Positions 31,521-41,660 of a stretch of DNA of 64,000 nucleotides are shown here, piece after piece (positions within the stretch are counted from its first letter, which is position 1; each line of letters opens with the position of its first letter). The DNA lies in contig OY730476.1 of NCBI GenBank assembly GCA_963422735.1, positions 3,008,001-3,072,000 of the forward strand. The letters are read 5' to 3'. Under the pieces are notes generated by a model. That model did not search any database. It had not been told where the DNA came from and was given only the letters and a program-made list of their open reading frames with translations. The stretch comes from Candidatus Latescibacterota bacterium. GTDB lineage: Bacteria; Latescibacterota; UBA2968; UBA8231. Position numbers and translations under genes: made by a program.

Positions 31521-33095
31521 ATGGCTCCGACTCAACGTCACATTCTGCTCCTGACCCAGCGGGCAGAGCTAGAAGCGGAGTTCAAGTCCGCGGTCCATGA
31601 CGTGCGGCTGCGCGTACTCAACGCGGCTAACGGCGATGGGCTTGAGCCGCGGCTGCGGCGCGGGGTGGATCTGATCGCCTTTGATATGGAACTCCCGCCC
31701 GCCGTCCTAGCAGCGGGCGTCGCCGCACTCGACCAGCACCGCGATGTGCCCGTACTAGCCTTGGGCAAAGCCGATGAGCACTGGGACCGACTTTTGTGGG
31801 ACTCGCCTCTCAAAGACCAAGTCGCCGTGCCCTTTGAGGCCGAAGTCCTGCGCCAACATTTGGACCAGTTACTAGAGCGAGGGGACTTTTTGCACGGGGC
31901 CGAGCTGGTGGGTCAGTCTTCCTTAATGCGCCAATTGCGCGAACGCATCTTAATCGTGGCACTGACGCCGGTCTCCTCTATCCTACTGACGGGCGAAAGC
32001 GGCGCGGGCAAGGACCTAGTCGCCAAAGCTATACATCGCTACAGCAGCCGGCGCAAACATCCTTTCCGCCCGCTCAACTGCGGTGCCATTCCGGAGAATC
32101 TGTTGGAGAACGAACTCTTCGGACACGAGAAAGGGGCCTTCACCGACGCCCGCGTCCAGTACCGAGGCATCTTTGAACAAGCGGACGGCGGAACGATCTT
32201 TCTAGACGAAATCGGCGAGATGTCGCTGGCGGCGCAGGTGCGTCTCTTGCGAGTCCTCGAGCAGCGTGAGGTTGTCCGCATCGGCGGTAGCGCGTCTATC
32301 TCGGTGGACATTCGCGTCATTGCCGCGACCAACCGCGATATACAAAAGGCGGTTGACCAGCGCGATTTCCGCCTCGACTTATACCATCGGCTCAAGGTCG
32401 TCGAGTTCGACATTCCTCCGCTGCGCCGCCGGGCCGAGGACATTCCCCTCTTGATCGAGCACTTCACCAGCGAGTTGACCCAAGATAACAAGAGCCGCCT
32501 AGAGGGGTTCTCGGCTGCGGCAATTGACCTTTTGCAAAGCTATGCCTGGCCTGGCAATGTGCGCGAGTTGCGCAACCTAATCGAGCACTCGGTCTTCCTC
32601 GCCCCGCGTGCCCTCGTCGAACCCGAAGACTTATTGCCCCACCTCGGGATCCAGCCTACGCGCCATTTGCCAGTGCCAACCAACAAGACGCCGGACCAAT
32701 CCGAGCGTGAGTTGATCTACTTTGCTCTCTTAGACCTCAAGCGCGAGGTCGCCGAGCTAAGAGCCACGGTCGAGCGCAATGCCCCCATGATGTCGTCCTC
32801 TACGCCTCCAGTAGCACCAGCGGTCGTTCAGCCGGTCGCGCCAGAGGAGTCAAGTCAACCGATCTACCCGGTTGAGGATGCCCCATACAATCCCGCATAT
32901 CCCCAGAGGCCCGCGGCAATACACATCCCCGAAAATGCAGCTATTGAGCCTTTGCCCACACTCAAAGACAGGGAGAGGGAAGCCATCGAACAAGCACTTG
33001 ACCGCGTCGGCGGCAATCGCCGGAAGGCGGCGGCAATCCTCGGCATCAGTGCTCGTACTCTCTACCGGAAGTTGAAGGAATACGACCTCGGATGA
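31521..33095 (+). CDS. Sigma-54-interacting (NtrC/Fis family) transcriptional regulator
   Basis: GESGAGKD, ELFGHEKGAFTDA, FLDEIGE, WPGNVRELRN, C-terminal Fis HTH; degenerate receiver domain. Confidence 0.93.
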   Translation: MAPTQRHILLLTQRAELEAEFKSAVHDVRLRVLNAANGDGLEPRLRRGVDLIAFDMELPPAVLAAGVAALDQHRDVPVLALGKADEHWDRLLWDSPLKDQVAVPFEAEVLRQHLDQLLERGDFLHGAELVGQSSLMRQLRERILIVALTPVSSILLTGESGAGKDLVAKAIHRYSSRRKHPFRPLNCGAIPENLLENELFGHEKGAFTDARVQYRGIFEQADGGTIFLDEIGEMSLAAQVRLLRVLEQREVVRIGGSASISVDIRVIAATNRDIQKAVDQRDFRLDLYHRLKVVEFDIPPLRRRAEDIPLLIEHFTSELTQDNKSRLEGFSAAAIDLLQSYAWPGNVRELRNLIEHSVFLAPRALVEPEDLLPHLGIQPTRHLPVPTNKTPDQSERELIYFALLDLKREVAELRATVERNAPMMSSSTPPVAPAVVQPVAPEESSQPIYPVEDAPYNPAYPQRPAAIHIPENAAIEPLPTLKDREREAIEQALDRVGGNRRKAAAILGISARTLYRKLKEYDLG

Positions 33096-34570
33096 GGAGG
33101 CGAGACTCGCGAAACTCCTCCGCCCTGTTCAGCACTTGTCGCCCGTGGGTGGACATCGCCTTTATCGCCGCGTTGCTCGTGGGCGAGCGCCCAGCCAAGG
33201 CGCAATTGCCGGTGGAGAGCACCCAGCCCCTAGAGGATCTCAGCAGGGCTTTCCGCCAAGCCTATGAACAAGTGCGCCCGGCCGTGGTTTTAATCGCGGC
33301 GGCGACCCGACCTTGGCGAAAGGGCGTATTGCCCCCCTTTCACCCGGAAATTCCCGACGAAGACTTTCGCGGCATAGGTTCAGGTACCATCGTCAGCGAC
33401 GACGGCTACATTCTAAGCAATTACCACGTCATCGCCGGTGCCGACTCCATCCAAGTCACCCTCTCTGACCGCCGCACCTATCAGGCCGAGGTCATCGGCT
33501 TCGATTCGCTGATTGACATCGCCCTGCTCAAGGTTGAGGCGCAGGGGCTGCCTACTGTGCAGTTGGCCGACTCAGACCTGTTGCAAATCGGCGACTGGGT
33601 GCTGGCTATTGGCCATCCCTTGGGCATGGGGTCAACGCTGACGCACGGCATCGTCAGTGCCCTAGGGCGCCAAGCAGGCATTTTCAACCACGACGAAGAA
33701 AACCGCTACGCCATCGAGAGTTTCATCCAGACCAATGCCGTGATTAACCCCGGCAACTCAGGCGGTCCGCTACTCGACCTACAGGGCAGAGTCGTAGGGA
33801 TCAACACGGCCATTTCAACGCGAACCGGTTACTACATAGGCTATGGGCTGGCCGTGCCGATCAACTTGGCACGCGAAGTAGTAGATGATCTACTAGTCCA
33901 CGGACGGATCGTACGCGGCCATTTGGGCGTGACCATGGAAGCTGAGATGACCCAAGAGCTAATCCGCAAGCACGGCCTCGACATGGAACGGCCGCGGGGC
34001 GTTTACCTCAGACAAGTGCAGTCCAACAGCCCTGCCGAACTCGGTGGCCTGCTCGGCGGGGACGTCATACTGTCGCTCGACGGTATCGCGGTGAACCACT
34101 TCAACCACCTGCAGACGCTGATCTACGGCCGCGACCCAGGCGAGACGATCAACCTGCAAATTATGCGCCAGAACCAGCTCCGCCAAGTCGCCGTGGTACT
34201 CGGCGAGCGCGAAGACGACCGGCTTCTCTCCGTGGGCCATCAGCGGCTAGCACGGCTAGGGATCTCAGTCGAATCCTTGCCCGCCGAATTGGCCGCCGAA
34301 CTGGGCTTTGTCGGCGAACTGGCCGCTGAACTGGGCTTTGAACAAGGCGAAGATCCGGTGGTGGTAGTTGAAGTAGATCCGGAGGGGCTGGCAGCGGACA
34401 AAGGCATCCAAGTGCGCGACGTGATTACCGAGGTGGATCAAGAGCGCGTAACCTCATTGGAGCAATTTGTGCGCTTTGTCTCCGAGCTGGAAGAAGGGCA
34501 GTCTGCGTTTTTCTGGTTTTGGCGGCCCGATACCGGAATCGATGTCCGGGCGCTGAGGATTCCGGAGTAG
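33092..34570 (+). CDS. HtrA/DegP-like serine protease with two PDZ domains
   Basis: GSGTIV, SNYHVI, DIALLK, IQTNAVINPGNSGGPL. Confidence 0.93.
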   Translation: MRRRDSRNSSALFSTCRPWVDIAFIAALLVGERPAKAQLPVESTQPLEDLSRAFRQAYEQVRPAVVLIAAATRPWRKGVLPPFHPEIPDEDFRGIGSGTIVSDDGYILSNYHVIAGADSIQVTLSDRRTYQAEVIGFDSLIDIALLKVEAQGLPTVQLADSDLLQIGDWVLAIGHPLGMGSTLTHGIVSALGRQAGIFNHDEENRYAIESFIQTNAVINPGNSGGPLLDLQGRVVGINTAISTRTGYYIGYGLAVPINLAREVVDDLLVHGRIVRGHLGVTMEAEMTQELIRKHGLDMERPRGVYLRQVQSNSPAELGGLLGGDVILSLDGIAVNHFNHLQTLIYGRDPGETINLQIMRQNQLRQVAVVLGEREDDRLLSVGHQRLARLGISVESLPAELAAELGFVGELAAELGFEQGEDPVVVVEVDPEGLAADKGIQVRDVITEVDQERVTSLEQFVRFVSELEEGQSAFFWFWRPDTGIDVRALRIPE

Positions 34571-34575
34571 AAACC

Positions 34576-35715
34576 ATGACGCCTGACCTAAAAGGCACCG
34601 ATGCCCTGCTGATGATCGGCAGCAGCGAACGCTACGCCAATCTGTTCTACGCCACCCGCTTTCGCGCTCCCGACCCCTTTGTCTTTCTGTGGACCCCCAG
34701 CGAAAAAATCATACTCGCGCATAACCTTGAGATCGACCGTGCGCGCGACCAAGCCTGCGTCAACCGGGTCTTGCCTTATGCCCAGTACGAGAAGCGAACC
34801 AAGGACAGAGGCCAAGAGTCGCCCAACAGCAACGCCGTCTTGTTGGAACTTTTGCGCGACCTCGGCTTGGAGAAGCTGCAAGTGCCCGCTGATTTTCCCC
34901 TTGGTACGGCCGATTTTCTGCGGGGGGAGAGCATCGAACTCGCCATTGCGGCCGAGCCGCTCTTTCCCCAGCGCAAAATCAAGGACGCCGAAGAGATCGC
35001 GAGTATGCGCCGGGCGATGAGAGCCGCCGAGGCGGGAATGGAAACAGCGATTGAGAGACTGCGCACAGCCGATGTGCGCGACGGTGTGCTCTTCCTCAAC
35101 GGCGACGTACTCACCTCAGAGCGATTGCGGCGCATGGTGCATCAGACGCTAATGGAATGCGACAGCATTGGCGAACATACCATCATCGCCGGCGGCGACC
35201 AAGGCTGCGATCCACACCAAGCGGGCTTTGGGCCTTTGCGCACCAGTGAGACCATCATCATCGACATTTTTCCGCGCGACGAGGCGAGCGGATACTATGG
35301 AGATCTGACGCGGACCGTCTGCAAGGGAGAGGCATCCAAGCCGATGCAGCACCTATACGAAACCGTGCTGGAGGCTCAACAATTAGGCTTAGACCACATC
35401 CGTCCGGGTGCCGAAGGCCACCTTATTCACGAATCAATCCAACGGTTCTTTAGCGATGCTGGCTACGAGACGGGGGAGAAAGACGGCTATATGCAGGGCT
35501 ACTTCCACAGCACTGGGCACGGGCTAGGTCTGGAGATCCACGAGAAGCCGAGGATTGGCCCGCACGGCGACGTGCTTGAGCTAGGCCATGTCGTGACGAT
35601 GGAACCAGGACTCTACTACCGAGGATTAGGGGGCGTGCGGATCGAAGATACGGTCATCGTTTGCGAAGGTGGCTACGAGACCCTATCCTGCCTGCCCAAG
35701 GTGCTCGAAGTGTGA
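34576..35715 (+). CDS. Xaa-Pro peptidase (M24 family)
   Basis: IIIDIFPR...GYYGDLTRT, HSTGHGLGLEIHE, TMEPGLY..GGVRIED. Confidence 0.93.
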   Translation: MTPDLKGTDALLMIGSSERYANLFYATRFRAPDPFVFLWTPSEKIILAHNLEIDRARDQACVNRVLPYAQYEKRTKDRGQESPNSNAVLLELLRDLGLEKLQVPADFPLGTADFLRGESIELAIAAEPLFPQRKIKDAEEIASMRRAMRAAEAGMETAIERLRTADVRDGVLFLNGDVLTSERLRRMVHQTLMECDSIGEHTIIAGGDQGCDPHQAGFGPLRTSETIIIDIFPRDEASGYYGDLTRTVCKGEASKPMQHLYETVLEAQQLGLDHIRPGAEGHLIHESIQRFFSDAGYETGEKDGYMQGYFHSTGHGLGLEIHEKPRIGPHGDVLELGHVVTMEPGLYYRGLGGVRIEDTVIVCEGGYETLSCLPKVLEV

Positions 35716-35781
35716 GCGCGACTCTTTACCCCAACTGGTGTTCGTTTGCACAAGAATGAGAAATTGAGCAGATTTATTTGT

Positions 35782-36216
35782 ATGAGACGGCACAAATTCA
35801 CCCTCGGCTCCCTAGTCATTGCCGCTGGCTTGATCTATCTTTTTGTTGCTGGCGTCCAACAGTCCACAGCGACCCACATGACGTTGCAAACTCTGATGGA
35901 CGGAATTATTTATAAGGGCCAGCGTATCCAGCTAGGCGGGGGCACGGTCGTGCCCGGTTCGATTGAGTGGGACCAATATCGCTCGCGTCCCGAATTCTCG
36001 ATTACCGACGGGCAACACACTCTGCGGGTGCGCTACATCGGACACGCCGTGCTGCCCGACACCTTCAAAGACGATGCACTAGTAGTTCTCGAAGGCGAGT
36101 ACCATCGAGCCGACCAAATCTTTGCCGCTGATATCGTCTTTGCCAAATGCCCCTCCAAATACGAGGGACAAAGCTATGAAGGCCACGTGCAAGCGATGAA
36201 TAGCCCGAACGGCTAG
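35782..36216 (+). CDS. ccmE: Cytochrome c maturation heme chaperone CcmE, CxxxY variant
   Basis: N-terminal TM, V.Y.G...PDTF, AKCPSKY. Confidence 0.92.
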   Translation: MRRHKFTLGSLVIAAGLIYLFVAGVQQSTATHMTLQTLMDGIIYKGQRIQLGGGTVVPGSIEWDQYRSRPEFSITDGQHTLRVRYIGHAVLPDTFKDDALVVLEGEYHRADQIFAADIVFAKCPSKYEGQSYEGHVQAMNSPNG

Positions 36217-36250
36217 CCCGCAGCACCTTTTTGGCTTTTCCCGACATTTT

Positions 36251-38707
36251 ATGGTTAATATCGGCTATTCTGCCTTGTGTCTAGCACTCATAGCGTCCGG
36301 CTATGGAGTCTTGGCATCGGCACTCGGGGCGAGGCGAGGCCATTTGGGTCTGGTGCGCTCGGGCGAAAATGCGGTCTTGGCGACTTGTGCCCTGCTGACG
36401 TTGGCGGTTCTCACGCTATGGCATGCTCTTATCTCCCACGACTTCCAAGTCGAGTATGTAGCCGAAAACAGCAACCGCGCCATGCATTTGTTTTACTTAA
36501 TAACGGCGCTGTGGGGCGGGCAGAACGGATCGCTGTTGTTTTGGGGCTGGATCCTATCCATCTACTCAGCGGGATTGGCAGCACTCTACCGCCAGCGCTA
36601 TCGCGAATTGATGCCCTACGCGGTGGCGACCTTATCCCTTACCAGCTTCTTCTTTTGTATCTTGCATCTCTTTGCCGCCGACCCGTTCCAGCGCCTGCCT
36701 TTCACGCCAGAGGACGGCCGCGGGCTCAATCCGATTCTACAACACCCAGTCATGGCCATTCACCCGCCGATGCTTTACTTGGGGATGGTGGGCATGGTCA
36801 TACCCTTTGCCTTTGCCATAGCCGCGCTCTTGACCGGCAAGTTGGACGCTACTTGGCTCCGCGCTTCGCGCCGCTGGATGCTCATTCCTTGGACCTTTCT
36901 CGGCTTTGGTCTCCTGCTAGGCGGCAAATGGGCCTATGTCGAACTAGGGTGGGGTGGATATTGGGGATGGGATCCTGTGGAGAATTCCTCGCTGATGCCT
37001 TGGCTGATCGCGACCGCTTTTCTGCACTCGATTATGATTCAAGAGCGCAAGGGCATGCTCAAGGTATGGAATGTGGCGCTGGCGATTCTCACGTACGCGC
37101 TGTGCCTGTTCGGCACCTTTATGACCCGCAGCGGCATCATTTCTTCGGTTCACGCCTTTGCCCAATCCAATATCGGCCCTTTTTTCGGCACGTTCCTAGT
37201 CCTGACGTTGATTTTTTCTTTTGGGCTTTTGTGGCTGCGGCTACCCCTGCTCAAGACCGAGAACCGCTTGGAATCTTTTGCCTCGCGCGAGACGGCTTTC
37301 TTGCTCAACAACTGGATTCTCTTGGGAATGCTCTTCGCCGTGTTCTGGGGCACTGTCTTCCCACTGGTCTCCGAAGCCTTGACCGACGAGCAAATCACAG
37401 TTGGCCCTCCCTTTTTCAACCAAGTCACGATTCCCATCGGCCTAGTGCTCCTGTTGTTGACAGGTGCTGGTCCGCTCTTTGCTTGGCACCGCACTTCCCG
37501 CGAGAGTCTGCGCAAAAATTTCACCCGCCCGGTGGCGGCGGGTGCTCTTTCTTGCGGGGTCTTTTTTGCTCTCGGCGTGCGCGACCCCTATGTCGTGCTG
37601 TCATTCGGGTTGTGCGTCTTCGTCCTCGTCGCGCTCACTTCCGAGTTCCACGCCGGAGCGCGGGCGCGGATGCACAGTATGGGCGAGCCTTATCCGGTGG
37701 CATTGTATCGCCTCTGCGCCAAGAGTCGGCGGCGTTACGGCGGGTATTTGACCCACCTCGGACTGGTATTGCTCTTTGCTGGCTTCACCGGCAAAGCTTT
37801 TACCCAAGAAACCGAAGTCGTCCTCGATCAAGGGGCTTGGCGTCAAGTCGGCGAATACCGGATTACCTTCGCGTCGCTGGCCTTCGCCGAGAACGCCAAT
37901 CACAGCACTACCGCTGCGGCCCTAGCCCTACACCGCGGCGATCAATTCCTCGGCACGCTGCTGCCAGAGCGACGCTACTACCCGGCTTTTGACCAAGGTA
38001 CCACTGAGGTCTCCATTTACTCGACATGGCGCGAGGATTTCTATGTAATTCTGGTGGGATCTGCCGAAGACCAGAGCGCCAAATTCCAAGTCTATATCAA
38101 CCCGCTAATCAACTTTGTGTGGCTCGGTGCTGTCGTCCTAGTGCTCGGCGCACTGTGGGCGATGTGGCCCACGCCGCGAGACCAGCGGCTAGCTCGGATC
38201 GATCGCGAGACTGCAATGGACTCGGCCATAGTACGGAGGCCTCGTACTTACGTACCTGTACTCGCCGCGCTGGCTCTGGGCTTCTCGCCGGTAGGGGCAG
38301 CAACAACGGCGGAAATCAAGGCCGTGGCTGAGGAATTGGTCTGTCTCTGCGGTAATTGTCCTCGGGAATCCCTAGCCACCTGTCTTTGTACCGACTTCGC
38401 CGTACCCGAACGCGAGGCGATTGGTTTAGCCCTAGACCAAGGCCAGACTCGGCAGCAGATCGTCGATGGCTATGTAGCGCGTTTTGGCCTGATGGTCTTA
38501 GCCACCCCGCCGCACGAGGGTTTTAACTTGCTAGCTTGGGTCGCGCCCTTTTTGGCTCTTTTATTTGGTATTGCCTTAGTACGCACACTGCTAGTTCGCT
38601 GGAAGAACCAAGGCCAAACACCTCTACAACCCAAGCCCCTTCCAGCCGACCGCAGCCAAGACGCGGATCGCCTGAGACGAGAGTTGGATCACTACGACGA
38701 TGGCTAG
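36251..38707 (+). CDS. ccmF: Heme lyase CcmF fused to C-terminal CcmH-like domain
   Basis: WGGQNGSLLFW, GLNP.LQ...M.IHPP, WGGYWGWDPVEN, TRSG..SSVHAF; tail LVCLCGNC...GYVARFG..VLA.P...GFN.LAW. Confidence 0.93.
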   Translation: MVNIGYSALCLALIASGYGVLASALGARRGHLGLVRSGENAVLATCALLTLAVLTLWHALISHDFQVEYVAENSNRAMHLFYLITALWGGQNGSLLFWGWILSIYSAGLAALYRQRYRELMPYAVATLSLTSFFFCILHLFAADPFQRLPFTPEDGRGLNPILQHPVMAIHPPMLYLGMVGMVIPFAFAIAALLTGKLDATWLRASRRWMLIPWTFLGFGLLLGGKWAYVELGWGGYWGWDPVENSSLMPWLIATAFLHSIMIQERKGMLKVWNVALAILTYALCLFGTFMTRSGIISSVHAFAQSNIGPFFGTFLVLTLIFSFGLLWLRLPLLKTENRLESFASRETAFLLNNWILLGMLFAVFWGTVFPLVSEALTDEQITVGPPFFNQVTIPIGLVLLLLTGAGPLFAWHRTSRESLRKNFTRPVAAGALSCGVFFALGVRDPYVVLSFGLCVFVLVALTSEFHAGARARMHSMGEPYPVALYRLCAKSRRRYGGYLTHLGLVLLFAGFTGKAFTQETEVVLDQGAWRQVGEYRITFASLAFAENANHSTTAAALALHRGDQFLGTLLPERRYYPAFDQGTTEVSIYSTWREDFYVILVGSAEDQSAKFQVYINPLINFVWLGAVVLVLGALWAMWPTPRDQRLARIDRETAMDSAIVRRPRTYVPVLAALALGFSPVGAATTAEIKAVAEELVCLCGNCPRESLATCLCTDFAVPEREAIGLALDQGQTRQQIVDGYVARFGLMVLATPPHEGFNLLAWVAPFLALLFGIALVRTLLVRWKNQGQTPLQPKPLPADRSQDADRLRRELDHYDDG

Positions 38708-38749
38708 TTCGGCCTCACGGACGCGAGTCTATGAGGGCCTTATATATCA

Positions 38750-39190
38750 ATGAACGCGACAGACCTCTTACCCATATTGTGTTCGGTCGCTCTGCTACTG
38801 GGGCTATTGCTCTATCTGGGACGCCCCCTCCTAACGACGAGCGAGAGGGCGGGCGCGGCGAGTGGACCGATGCGACAGCTTTTTGAGCGCAAGGAGCAGC
38901 TTTTGGGCCAGATCGTCGAGCTGGAACTTGACCGCGGGCTCGGTAAAGTGTCCGCAGAAGACTTTCAGCACCTCTTCGCCGAGCTGGAAGCCGAGACGTT
39001 GGCGATTATGGGAGAGTTAGATCGGCTCAACGGCGTGAGCAGCTATCAACTCGAACGACGCATAGAGGAAGAGATCGCAGCCCTGCGCCAAAAGACCGCT
39101 GTTCCTCGTTGCCGCGGCTGCGGGACCCTGCGACGAGAGGGCGATCTGTTCTGTCCACAATGTGGGGCCTCTCTAGTGGAATCCAGCTAA
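38750..39190 (+). CDS. CcmI-like membrane-anchored protein with double zinc ribbon
   Basis: TM + ELELDRGLGKVSAEDF + CRGCG...FCPQCG. Confidence 0.75.
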   Translation: MNATDLLPILCSVALLLGLLLYLGRPLLTTSERAGAASGPMRQLFERKEQLLGQIVELELDRGLGKVSAEDFQHLFAELEAETLAIMGELDRLNGVSSYQLERRIEEEIAALRQKTAVPRCRGCGTLRREGDLFCPQCGASLVESS

Positions 39191-39193
39191 GCC

Positions 39194-40273
39194 ATGGTCC
39201 TGCGCTCGTTTTGCGCTGCAATCGTCCTTTGCACATCCGCTTCCGATCTGTGGGGCGCGGCGGTCAACGGTTATGTAATCAACCCCTTCACCCAAGCGCG
39301 AATCCCGGGAATTCCCGTGGCCTTCTACGTCCGCCAAGACGGACAGATCCTCGAGATGCTGCGCAAGGATACAGACGACGATGGACGCTTCTCCTTTGCC
39401 GGCCCTTTCCTACAGGGCGGAGTCCACTTTGGGCTAGCCGCCTTCTACGACGGCATCCCCTACTTCTCTTCGACCCTTGAGGTCGGCGCACAGCAACAGA
39501 TCATCCTCGAGGTTTACGAAAAAACTGATGATTCCTCCGGAATCCGCATCAGCACTCATCATCTCTTTTTTTCTTTGCGCGAGGACGCGATTGAGTGTGT
39601 CCAGCTTCTGCAAATTCACAACACCTTAGAGCGCACGTACTCAGGCAGCGGCGACGGGCGTGAGCGTCGGGTGACTGAGCTTGCCTTACCAGCGGGCCTC
39701 TTCAACCTCCAAAGCCACTCGGGTCTGCTCCACCAAGCTGGAGAAGGCCGATTCTTCGACAACCAGCCTCTGCCTCCAGGCCGCTCGCAGCAGAGTTTTT
39801 CTTTTAATCTCGACGTACGCAAATTCGCCAGTCCCTATGTGCATCAGGCAGTCTATCCTACCGACCGCTTGGAGATTTTTCTTGATCCCCCTTACATTGA
39901 GATCAAACCACCCTTTATCGACTTAGGCATTAGCGATCAGCACGGCCGCCAATACCGGAAAGTTGCTATAGAAAATCTACAGCCAAGCCAGCAGGTGGCG
40001 GTCCCCTTACCTTTTGCCCCCTCACTGCGTTGGTCGCTCAAATGGGCTGCGCTGGCAGGCGCATTTCTCACCGGTGGCGTCGCGCTGGCATTGAGCCGCC
40101 AACACTCAAGTACCGATCGCGCCCGCGCACTGGAAAAGCGGCATCATATCATTGAGGAACTCGCTCAGCTCGACGACGCTTTTGCCAGTCGGCCCGAATA
40201 TCCGCATTACGTTGACCAGCGGGCGCATCTGATGCGCGAAGCTGTTGCCCTGACTCAAGTTCTTGAAGTGTGA
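39194..40273 (+). CDS. Exported beta-rich protein with C-terminal TM (ccm-cluster associated hypothetical)
   Basis: Signal peptide, TDDDGRFSF, YDGIPY, TM then ELAQLDDAF..Y..R..L. Confidence 0.7.
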   Translation: MVLRSFCAAIVLCTSASDLWGAAVNGYVINPFTQARIPGIPVAFYVRQDGQILEMLRKDTDDDGRFSFAGPFLQGGVHFGLAAFYDGIPYFSSTLEVGAQQQIILEVYEKTDDSSGIRISTHHLFFSLREDAIECVQLLQIHNTLERTYSGSGDGRERRVTELALPAGLFNLQSHSGLLHQAGEGRFFDNQPLPPGRSQQSFSFNLDVRKFASPYVHQAVYPTDRLEIFLDPPYIEIKPPFIDLGISDQHGRQYRKVAIENLQPSQQVAVPLPFAPSLRWSLKWAALAGAFLTGGVALALSRQHSSTDRARALEKRHHIIEELAQLDDAFASRPEYPHYVDQRAHLMREAVALTQVLEV

Positions 40274-40986
40274 TGGATGGAGACGAAGCAATCGTCCTAG
40301 AGGGTGCTGCCAAGCGCTTCGGCACCCACACAGCCCTACATCCCACCGATCTGGTCATCCCGCGAGGCCAAGCGGTGCTGCTCGTTGGTGCCAACGGCGC
40401 AGGCAAGAGTACCCTGCTGCGATTGATGGCCGGCCTCTGCCGACCTTCGGAGGGAAGGGTGAGGCTCAACGGTCGCGATCCCCAACGCACCCCCGATGTA
40501 CGGGCCGAGATCGGCCTCCTCTCGCATCAGACCTTGCTCTACAACGAACTGACGGCGAGAGAGAACTTGCGCTTCTTCGCCCAGCTCTATGGTTTGGATA
40601 ACCCAGACAGAAGACTCGCTGCGGCCTTAGGGGCTGTTGGTCTGAACGAGTGGCTCGACCAGCGCGTGGGTTCGTTCTCTCGCGGTATGAAGCAGCGTCT
40701 GGCTATTGCTCGTGCTATCCTGCATTGTCCCTCTATTCTCTTGCTTGACGAGCCGTTTACTGGCCTCGACTCCAGTGCCAGCGCTGCATTGCACCGCCTC
40801 GTGCGCCGCTTTCGGCAAGAGAGGCACACCTGTATCCTAGTGGTGCATCGCCTCGATGAGGCCGATGGCCTAGTGGATCGCCTGCTGGTGATCGAACGCG
40901 GACAATGGTGCTTGGACCAAGCCCTGACGGATGATCCAGACCACCTGCACAGGCTCTGTGCGCCCTATCTCGACGCCGACCCATGA
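40273..40986 (+). CDS. ccmA: Ccm ABC transporter ATPase CcmA
   Basis: GANGAGKST, LTARENL, FSRGMKQR, LLLDEPFTGLD; ccm context. Confidence 0.9.
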   Translation: MDGDEAIVLEGAAKRFGTHTALHPTDLVIPRGQAVLLVGANGAGKSTLLRLMAGLCRPSEGRVRLNGRDPQRTPDVRAEIGLLSHQTLLYNELTARENLRFFAQLYGLDNPDRRLAAALGAVGLNEWLDQRVGSFSRGMKQRLAIARAILHCPSILLLDEPFTGLDSSASAALHRLVRRFRQERHTCILVVHRLDEADGLVDRLLVIERGQWCLDQALTDDPDHLHRLCAPYLDADP

Positions 40987-41660
40987 GCTTTTTAGAACGT
41001 GCACTGGCGATACTGCGCAAAGACCTGAAGGCCGAGTGGCGCACTAAGGCACGTCTCAGCCCGATGGTCTTCTTTATACTATTAATGTTGTTGGTATTCA
41101 ACTTCTCTTTCGATTTAGGCGGGGCCGCTCTGCGCGAGATCGGGCCTGGTACGCTCTGGTCGTCCTATGTCTTCGCCAGCCTGTTGAGTCTGGGTCGCTC
41201 TTTTGCTGACGAACGTGAAAACGACGCGCTCGACGCGCTACTGTTAGCACCAGGAGACCGCGGTTCTATCTACCTAGGTAAAATGCTGGGCAATTTTGTT
41301 TTTCTTTTAGCGATAGAACTTCTAAGTTTGCCTTTTTTCGCCCTCTTCTTTAATCTGTCCCCGAGCTTCTTCTTGCTCCCCCTGCTGGCCGTCTTCGTCC
41401 TAGGATCGGCTTGTATGGCATCGGTGGGCACGCTCTTTGTGGCACTGTCGAACAACATGCGCTTACGCGAACTGCTGCTGCCTCTCCTGCTCTTGCCCAT
41501 GATCTTACCGGCGTTGATTTCCTGCGTGGAGGCGACGGAGCTAGTGCTGGCCAATGACTGTTGCGAAAAACTCTTCCCACACCTGCAAATGTTGGGAGTG
41601 TACACGGTCGTTTTTACGGTGCTCTCGCTAATGCTCTTTGAATACGCAATCGAGGAATGA
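40983..41660 (+). CDS. ccmB: Ccm permease CcmB
   Basis: KDLKAEWR, RSFADERE, IYLGK, RELLLPLLLLP. Confidence 0.92.
   Translation: MSFLERALAILRKDLKAEWRTKARLSPMVFFILLMLLVFNFSFDLGGAALREIGPGTLWSSYVFASLLSLGRSFADERENDALDALLLAPGDRGSIYLGKMLGNFVFLLAIELLSLPFFALFFNLSPSFFLLPLLAVFVLGSACMASVGTLFVALSNNMRLRELLLPLLLLPMILPALISCVEATELVLANDCCEKLFPHLQMLGVYTVVFTVLSLMLFEYAIEE

Noticed and set aside
36277-37992. 571-aa alternative-frame ORF inside ccmF
   Set aside because: Fully nested in a well-supported gene; Arg/Pro/Ser-rich composition typical of shadow frames; no motif or RBS
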